From a virus (lineage: Duplodnaviria; Caudoviricetes): a DNA stretch of 42,454 nucleotides. The notes under the pieces were generated by a model. The model was not told where the DNA came from, ran no database searches, and saw only the letters and a list, made by a program, of their open reading frames with translations. The first letter of the stretch is position 1. Every line of letters begins with the position of its first letter. Location: the IMG/VR virus record IMGVR_UViG_3300010052_000133, positions 1 to 42,454 of that record. The stretch is one strand, 5' to 3'. Shown piece by piece: positions 36,754-42,454 of this stretch. A program made the position numbers and the translations under genes.

Positions 36754-37608
36754 ATGTCCCGACTCACCAACTTCGCGGAAAACGCGCTGGCCGATTTCAT
36801 GCGCGGCGTTGCGATGACGCTGCCCACGGCCTGGAGCGTGCGCCTGGCCAGCGCGGCCAGCGACACCGGCTTCACGGAGCTGACCGGCACCGGCTACGCA
36901 CCACAGGACGTGACGCGCAGCCTCACCGATTGGAAGAGCACCCAGGGCAACAACCTGGCCAGCACTGGCACCAGCCACGCCACCAGCAACAGCGCCGAGA
37001 TCGACTTCGGCGCCGGTGGCGCCGGCGGGTGGGGCACCTGGAGCCACGTGGTGCTCTGCGACGACAGCGACAACCCGTGGTTCTTCCTCGAGCTGCCGTC
37101 CCCGATCGTCATCAACGAGAGCACCCCGGTGTCGATCGCGGCCGGCGAGCTGGCCTGGACGCTCGGCCTCACCGGCGGCCTCAGCGACTACCTGGCCAAC
37201 AAGCTGATCGACCTGCTGTTCCGTGCGCAGGCCTACACCTACCCGGCCACCAGCTATCACGGCCTCCTCACCTCCGCGCCCAACAACGCCGGCGGCGGCA
37301 GCGAGGTCGTGACCGGCAGCTACTCGCGCGTGGCCCTTGCCAACGACACGGACGAGTGGTCTGCCACCGACGCGCCGGGCGACACCGGCGCCAGTACCGG
37401 CACCAGCGGCGAGAGCAGCAACAACGCCGCGATGGTGTATCCGGTGCCCACCGCCAGCTGGGGGACGATCGGATGGACTACCGAGCGCGACGCCGGCGCC
37501 GGCGGCAACCTGCTGTGGTGGGCGGCGCTCACGACGTCGATCACGGTGAGCGCCGGCGTGGCCGCGCCGCGGTTCGCGGCGGGCGACCGTATTCGCAAGT
37601 TCGCTTGA
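36754..37608 (+). CDS. Putative tail fibre subunit with internally duplicated domain
   Basis: Halves align: LTNFAENALADF / LSDYLANKLIDL, ASTGTSHATSN / ASTGTSGESSN, WGT / WGT, IAAGE / FAAGD. Confidence 0.75.
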   Translation: MSRLTNFAENALADFMRGVAMTLPTAWSVRLASAASDTGFTELTGTGYAPQDVTRSLTDWKSTQGNNLASTGTSHATSNSAEIDFGAGGAGGWGTWSHVVLCDDSDNPWFFLELPSPIVINESTPVSIAAGELAWTLGLTGGLSDYLANKLIDLLFRAQAYTYPATSYHGLLTSAPNNAGGGSEVVTGSYSRVALANDTDEWSATDAPGDTGASTGTSGESSNNAAMVYPVPTASWGTIGWTTERDAGAGGNLLWWAALTTSITVSAGVAAPRFAAGDRIRKFA

Positions 37609-37618
37609 GGTCGCAACC

Positions 37619-38050
37619 ATGACGCCCCCGCCCAACGCAGACATCAGCATCATCGCGGTCGCCGTGCTGATCGCCGGCACGATGTTCGGCCCCGAGGTGG
37701 CCGCGGTAGCCGGCCCCTACATGGTGATCTTCGCGGGTGCCGTGCTCGGTGCCTTCATCAACACGGCGCGGCACCAGCAGCACAGCCTGGCGCGTGACCT
37801 CATCACCTTCGGGTGCGTGGTGGCCTTCGTGATGCTCACCACCGTCACGGCGGCCGACGTGCTGGTGCATTACACGACGATGCCGCCGCTGGCGGCGCGC
37901 AACGGCCTCGGTCTCATGGCCATTGCCATCGGCGCGATCGGCGAGGACTGGCTGCGGATCGCGAGGTGGTTCATCGACGTGCGTCGGCGCATGTTCGAGG
38001 CCAAGGCCAACCGAGACGCAGGCGGCCAGGACGCAGGAGGCCAGTCATGA
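37619..38050 (+). CDS. Holin-like membrane protein
   Basis: 3-4 hydrophobic segments, charged C-terminus, start of lysis cassette. Confidence 0.65.
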   Translation: MTPPPNADISIIAVAVLIAGTMFGPEVAAVAGPYMVIFAGAVLGAFINTARHQQHSLARDLITFGCVVAFVMLTTVTAADVLVHYTTMPPLAARNGLGLMAIAIGAIGEDWLRIARWFIDVRRRMFEAKANRDAGGQDAGGQS

Positions 38051-38400
38051 CATACGAGGCGGTGCTGCTGATCCAGCTGCTGAACTTCCTGCTCTGCGTC
38101 GGCGTGGCGATCGCGAGCTTCTGCCGGGCCAGGAAGTTCGCCAAGGGCGCCACGCGGAAGTGGGTGATCCTGGCCTATTCGTCGCTGGGCACCTCAGCGC
38201 TGCTGGTCTCGCTGACGCCGCTGTGGCCTGCAGATCTGCGCTCCATCGCCGTCACGCTGCTGGCTGCCGCCTATCTGTTCGTCATGGTCGTCAACAGCCG
38301 CGGCTGGAAGAACGGCCCGCCCGAGTACACGCGCAGCCGCCCCGCGGCCTTCGACGACTCCCCCCACCACCCCGCCACCGAGAAAGGTCCCTCGACATGA
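38047..38400 (+). CDS. Holin/antiholin-like membrane protein
   Basis: Three hydrophobic segments; ATGA overlaps both sides. Confidence 0.65.
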   Translation: MTYEAVLLIQLLNFLLCVGVAIASFCRARKFAKGATRKWVILAYSSLGTSALLVSLTPLWPADLRSIAVTLLAAAYLFVMVVNSRGWKNGPPEYTRSRPAAFDDSPHHPATEKGPST

Positions 38401-39527
38401 AACGCTCTCTGCTCCGCATCCTGCCGGCCCTCGTGCCGGCTTTTTTGTGCCTGGCGGTATCGCAGGCGCCTGCACAGACCACCGTCACCATCCCGGGCCA
38501 GACGGTGCCGATCTCGGTGCCGATCCTGTCGCAGCCGATCACGGTGCCGCAGGACCCGCAAGTGCCGGCGCTGGCCACTCGAGTGACCGCGCTCGAGGCA
38601 GCCGTCAAGGCGCTGCAGGCGGCCCCCGTGCCCGCGCCGCCGGCGTCGACGCCGCAGACTGATCCGCCGCCCGTTGTGGTGCCGCCGGTCAGCAAGATCG
38701 CGCCCGCGGACATCTTCGCGGAGATCAACCCCACCGTGCCCTTCGCGCAGGAGGTCGGCGGCGCAGGGCTGGAGTGCGACGGCGACAAGCGTGGGCCGAT
38801 CAAGGGCATCAACGACGCGAATGGCTTCACCAGCACCACGCCATTGGGCATGCGCTTCGGCAAGGTGGCCGACCCGGCCGACCCGAGCAAGAAGGCGCTG
38901 CTCTTCGCGCCGAACAAGTTCGACGGCCTGGTGTCGGGGGCCCCTCGCTGCGAGGTGAGCTGGTGGCACTCGCAGCCGGGCAAGCTGAAGACGGGCACCG
39001 ACATCTGGTATGCCTTCGGCCTCCACCTGCCGAACTGGACAGCGGTGCCGCGCGAGATCGTCATCAGCCAGTGGCACCAGGAATGCTGCGTCAACCCGTG
39101 GGCAGTCTTCATCCTGCAGGACGAGAAGATCAAGCTGCAGCTGCGCTGGAACTCGAGCCCGAGCCCGACCGCGGCGGGCAACCAGGCGCGCGAGTGGCAG
39201 TCGGCCGGCATCCCGACCCAGAAGTGGACCGTGTTCGTGGTCAAGGCCAAGATCACGCCGAAGGCCGGTGAGGGCGGCTACTACAAGGTGTGGCGCGACG
39301 GCGTGCAGCTGGTCGACTACAGCGGCCCGATCTCCTACAACACCGGCGACACGCGGGTGCCCTGGGCGAAGTTCGGGGCGTACCCGTGGGGACATGACCG
39401 CACCGACTCGCAGGGCTGGAAGACGCCCGAGACGACCACGCTGCTGTTCAAGGACCCGGTGTTCGTGCACGACCCCTCGGGGAAGTACAGCGAGCCGGAC
39501 CTGCGGGCCCACGTGCTGGCGCGCTGA
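38397..39527 (+). CDS. Secreted polysaccharide-lyase-like (heparin lyase I-type jelly-roll) protein
   Basis: Sec signal MKRSLLRILPALVPAFLCLAVSQAPA; Pro-rich linker; RCE...WYAFGLHLP...ISQWH...WTVFVVKAK...KVWRDG...KFGAY. Confidence 0.7.
   Translation: MKRSLLRILPALVPAFLCLAVSQAPAQTTVTIPGQTVPISVPILSQPITVPQDPQVPALATRVTALEAAVKALQAAPVPAPPASTPQTDPPPVVVPPVSKIAPADIFAEINPTVPFAQEVGGAGLECDGDKRGPIKGINDANGFTSTTPLGMRFGKVADPADPSKKALLFAPNKFDGLVSGAPRCEVSWWHSQPGKLKTGTDIWYAFGLHLPNWTAVPREIVISQWHQECCVNPWAVFILQDEKIKLQLRWNSSPSPTAAGNQAREWQSAGIPTQKWTVFVVKAKITPKAGEGGYYKVWRDGVQLVDYSGPISYNTGDTRVPWAKFGAYPWGHDRTDSQGWKTPETTTLLFKDPVFVHDPSGKYSEPDLRAHVLAR
38423..38446 (+). terminator. Intrinsic terminator inside the 5' end of the lyase gene
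   Basis: GCCGGC-CCTCGT-GCCGGC-TTTTTT. Confidence 0.6.
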
Positions 39528-39529
39528 GG
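39498..39529 (+). repeat. 32-bp direct repeat, copy 2 (3' end of lyase gene)
   Basis: GACCTGCGGGCCCACGTGCTGGCGCGCTGAGG encoding DLRAHVLAR*. Confidence 0.9.
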
Positions 39530-39534
39530 CGTCG

Positions 39535-40053
39535 ATGGACGAGCTGCTCGCCGAGATCTCGCGCACGGCGATCGATCCGGCGCTGAGATACCTGCCGGTC
39601 TATGCCGACAGTCCTCGAGCCCGCGTGATCCTGCTGGCGATCGGCCTTCAGGAATCCCGTCTGGTCGATCGTTGGCAAGTGGTCGACCGCAGGCAGCCGC
39701 AGCTGAAGGGCCCGGCGCGAGGCCTCTGGCAGTTCGAGCTCGGCGGCGTGAAAGGGGTCTACAAGCACCGGGCCAGCCGCGCGCTTCTGCAGGACCTGGT
39801 CCGCGCTCGCAACTGCGCCCACGACCCGCGCGAGATCTGGCTGCAGCTCGAGCGTGACGACGTGCTCGCCGCCGGCGTCGCGCGCCTGCTGTTGCTGACC
39901 GATCCATTCCGGCTACCGAGCATCGATGACGCGGCCGGGTCGTGGCACCTCTACGCCGAGCGCCTGTGGCGGCCGGGCAAGCCGCACCCCGAAGACTGGC
40001 CCGAGAACCACGCTCGGGCCCGCGATTTCGTTCTCTCAACCCGCAGCGCTTGA
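39535..40053 (+). CDS. Endolysin (lysozyme/transglycosylase-like)
   Basis: LLAIGLQESR (catalytic ES-like), GPARGLWQFE, WRPGKPH; directly upstream of spanins. Confidence 0.78.
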   Translation: MDELLAEISRTAIDPALRYLPVYADSPRARVILLAIGLQESRLVDRWQVVDRRQPQLKGPARGLWQFELGGVKGVYKHRASRALLQDLVRARNCAHDPREIWLQLERDDVLAAGVARLLLLTDPFRLPSIDDAAGSWHLYAERLWRPGKPHPEDWPENHARARDFVLSTRSA

Positions 40054-40061
40054 AGGCTCAG

Positions 40062-40583
40062 ATGATCCGCTGGCTCTCGATCATCCCCGGCGCGGTGCCC
40101 TGGGGGCTCTGCCTGCTGTTGGCCGCCTCGGTGGGCGTGCAGACCCTGCGCGTGTCGAAGGGCGAGACCGCGCTGGCCACCGAGCAGCGCGATCGCCGCG
40201 ACGAGCGCCTGCGCGCGGCCGAGCGCGCGCTGGTGGCCAACGACCAGGTCCGCGCCGAAACCCAGCGCCGCGTCGACGAGCAACAGGAGGTGATCCGCAA
40301 TGCCGAGAAACAACAGGCCCAGGCCCGCACTGATGCGCTGGCTGCCGATGCTGCTGCTCGCCGGCTGCGCGACCGCGCCGCCCAGCTCGCCGCCGCTTGT
40401 GGTCCAGCCGGCCCCCATCCCGCCGCTCCCGGTGCAGGCGAGGCAACCGCCGGCGCCGGCCTGGTGCTCACCGACGTGCTCGGCCGGTCTGACGATACGT
40501 CGGGAGAGCTGGCTCGAGCCTTCGACGATGCCCGGGGTGCCGGGCTCGCCTGCGAGCGCGCCTACGACGCGCTGAGGAGGTGA
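40062..40583 (+). CDS. i-spanin (Rz-like)
   Basis: N-terminal TM segment, coiled coil, AGLACERAYD C-terminus. Confidence 0.85.
   Translation: MIRWLSIIPGAVPWGLCLLLAASVGVQTLRVSKGETALATEQRDRRDERLRAAERALVANDQVRAETQRRVDEQQEVIRNAEKQQAQARTDALAADAAARRLRDRAAQLAAACGPAGPHPAAPGAGEATAGAGLVLTDVLGRSDDTSGELARAFDDARGAGLACERAYDALRR
40333..40575 (+). CDS. o-spanin (Rz1-like lipoprotein) embedded in i-spanin
   Basis: MRWLPMLLLAGC lipobox, Pro-rich, +1 frame inside Rz. Confidence 0.82.
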   Translation: MRWLPMLLLAGCATAPPSSPPLVVQPAPIPPLPVQARQPPAPAWCSPTCSAGLTIRRESWLEPSTMPGVPGSPASAPTTR

Positions 40584-40608
40584 TCGAGCAGGCCGCTGCC
40601 ACCCCATC

Positions 40609-41026
40609 TTGCCGGCGTACCCACTTAAGGCAGCGCTAATGTTCCGTAGCTACCGTGATTCCGGTTTCACACTAGGCATTCGCATGCTGCTTGACCTGTC
40701 CCATTCGCTGAAAGTGTTGGCGCCCTGTGGCGTCTTCATCTACGTCCTGGGTGTGTCGGTGCGTTACGGAACCGGAAGCGTTCTAGGCACAGTTCTCGCG
40801 GCGATCGGCGTGGCTGTTTTCTTGAGCAGTGCAGCTCATAAAGACGCACCTCCTCGTCCCTGAGGCGGGTCGTTCACTAAAGGAACTCGCCATGGGCGGA
40901 CCACAATCACAGCGAGTTGCCGTTAGCGCGTTGCTCGCAACTCGCCGAGACCTCGGGCGGGAACTGCTGATGTTTGCAATCTCGATCGTCGTCGCCTGCT
41001 TTGGGGTCTTCGTGATCGTTGACTGA
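40609..41026 (+). other. One or two small membrane-protein ORFs (40609-40863 and 40829-41026); starts uncertain
   Basis: Hydrophobic segments in a lower-GC region after the lysis genes. Confidence 0.35.
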
Positions 41027-41038
41027 TTCAACAGTCCG

Positions 41039-41533
41039 TCAACTGCCATAGGGGTACCAGATCGGGATACCGGCCGCGCCGGCGCGCATGCACAGGTCCG
41101 CGGTGCTGCGGTCGCCCGGGAAGGCGATCATCCCGTCGGCGAAGGCGGCGACCATCCGGGCGTTGCGATCGGCATCGGCCTGGTCTCCCAGCTCGTCGAT
41201 CACCCGGAAGGACTCCTGCTCGACGCCATTGGTCAACGCCCACTCCCCGGCGATCGAGGCCGCACCAGGGAGCCCCGTGTGGACTAGCAGGGTGAACGGC
41301 TTGCGCCAGTGAGCGCGGTCCAAGGCGGCGTGTACGCGGCCAGCGTCGACCTGCGAGTAGCGGTCGACGCCGCCGGCAATGATCACCCGACGGGCATAAC
41401 CCGGCGGATGCGTTCTCGGGGGCGGCTGGCGGACCATGACGCCGTCCGGACGCGCGTACAGCCCGTTCCCGCAGTCGCGCCAGCCAGGCCAGATCGTGGC
41501 ATCGCGGGTTCGGTCGTAAAGGGGCCAAGACAC
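41039..41533 (-). CDS. SLOG-family (DUF2493/YspA-like) protein; start at GTG 41533 or ATG 41437
   Basis: RVIIAGG...LVHTGLPGAASIAGEWA...RNARMV...IAFPGDRSTADL...AGIP. Confidence 0.75.
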   Translation of the reverse strand: MSWPLYDRTRDATIWPGWRDCGNGLYARPDGVMVRQPPPRTHPPGYARRVIIAGGVDRYSQVDAGRVHAALDRAHWRKPFTLLVHTGLPGAASIAGEWALTNGVEQESFRVIDELGDQADADRNARMVAAFADGMIAFPGDRSTADLCMRAGAAGIPIWYPYGS

Positions 41534-41548
41534 TGTGAAAGCATACAG
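41533..41548. promoter_or_regulatory. LexA (SOS) box
   Basis: CTGTGAAAGCATACAG = CTGT-N8-ACAG, abutting the GTG start of the SLOG-like ORF. Confidence 0.72.
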
Positions 41549-41731
41549 TTGCCATGGTCAACCGGCTCCGAAATCGCCCGCCGAACTGCCGTGAAGATGT
41601 CGCAAAGACGCTGCGGTTTGCCAGATCAATGCACCACCGCGTGTAACGCTGATTGATCATTCATGGTCGTGGCGTTACATTTCGCCGCACGTTTGACTTA
41701 GTCGGCAAGTTGTGTTTGGTCGACAAGAATA

Positions 41732-42454
41732 ATGACAACCAACGTTTTCGATCAAGCTGGCGCGGTCGTCGCTACCGATTCGCGGTGGTCCTATGGGCTA
41801 CCGCACGCTGCCATTTATATCGATGACGCAATATTCGAGAAAATTGTCGCGTGTGAAACGCGCGGCGTGATCTTCATGTTCGCTGGGAATAGCGAACGGA
41901 TTCATGAGTGGAAGCAATGGATAGCTTCACCAGGGCACGCTGTAATAAATCGTCCTGGCGTGTCTAAAGGTATCGCGATTTGCATGGTGGACATTGCAAC
42001 TCGCAAGGTGGTTTTCAGTCATAACCAGGACATCACCAATGATGATTCCTGCTTCGCAGGCACTGGTGCATGGTCCGCGTACAGTTGTTGGAAGAGCAAT
42101 AAGGACGCGAGGAAGGCGGTAGAAACCGCCAAGATGGCAGATCGTTTCAGCGGTGGGCAGGTCAAATTTTTCGACTTGACTGACCGCTCCCACAACCTGC
42201 TGGGCCCTTGCGATTTCAATTCGATTCGCGAAGGCATCAAAACGAGAGGAATGGTTATGTACTTTGGAAACCCCGCCCACAAGCCGGTCCAGGAGGCTGT
42301 TGCGAATGACCCTCAGGTCGCCGAGGCAATGAAGAAAATTGCAAATGGATCGGCGTCGCTCACTGCCCCCAGCGCTTCCGCCGAGAACGAATGGACCGAA
42401 GAAGACAAGGCGCGCCTAGATAAGGCGCTTGGCCAATACTTCCCGGAGAAGTGA
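41732..42454 (+). CDS. Low-GC protein with Ntn-hydrolase (HslV/proteasome-beta-like) motifs
   Basis: MTT start, ATDSR, EK, FAGN, AGTGA, D-RFSGG motifs in the expected order. Confidence 0.6.
   Translation: MTTNVFDQAGAVVATDSRWSYGLPHAAIYIDDAIFEKIVACETRGVIFMFAGNSERIHEWKQWIASPGHAVINRPGVSKGIAICMVDIATRKVVFSHNQDITNDDSCFAGTGAWSAYSCWKSNKDARKAVETAKMADRFSGGQVKFFDLTDRSHNLLGPCDFNSIREGIKTRGMVMYFGNPAHKPVQEAVANDPQVAEAMKKIANGSASLTAPSASAENEWTEEDKARLDKALGQYFPEK

Larger units (their letters stand above)
1..42454. mobile_element. Temperate siphophage prophage (HK97-like head, lambda-like tail); right boundary not seen
   Basis: Integrase next to tRNA, then cI/cro switch, replication, Q, terminase, portal, capsid, tail and lysis genes in canonical order. 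Confidence 0.95.

Noticed and set aside
30959-37608. A third variable repeat in tail genes
   Set aside because: No match to the TR 3' constant segment found by eye; a BLASTN of TR against the full genome would be decisive.
37923-38396. N-terminal 158 aa of the 534-aa ORF
   Set aside because: Overlaps the holin genes; the real start is ATG 38397, which gives a signal peptide.
40584-42454. Right attachment site
   Set aside because: No second copy of the tRNA-Met segment visible in the window.

Overview
The window is a nearly complete GC-rich temperate siphophage prophage. The left junction is the 3' half of an initiator tRNA-Met gene (1-44), and no right att site is visible. Gene order: large serine integrase; a leftward early operon; a cI/cro switch with four ACACC-N4-GGTGT operators; a primase-VirE helicase; a Q-like antiterminator; an HK97-like head module; a lambda-like non-contractile tail; a lysis cassette; and right-end morons. 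The early operon holds a complete diversity-generating retroelement (DGR). One 105-bp template repeat feeds two tandem DUF1566/CLec-like target genes, and all 13 and 11 mismatches fall at template adenines. Both targets lie outside the virion module. A palindrome, (T)GTGCAGGCGCCTGCAC(A), recurs about every 2-6 kb across the phage, which also encodes an orphan ParB-like protein. Other points of note are a secreted polysaccharide-lyase-like gene inside the lysis cassette, a 32-bp direct repeat bracketing the tail module, a LexA box on a SLOG-like gene, a DxD glycosyltransferase-like tail gene and an HslV/proteasome-beta-like moron. All family assignments come from motif recognition by eye, not database searches.
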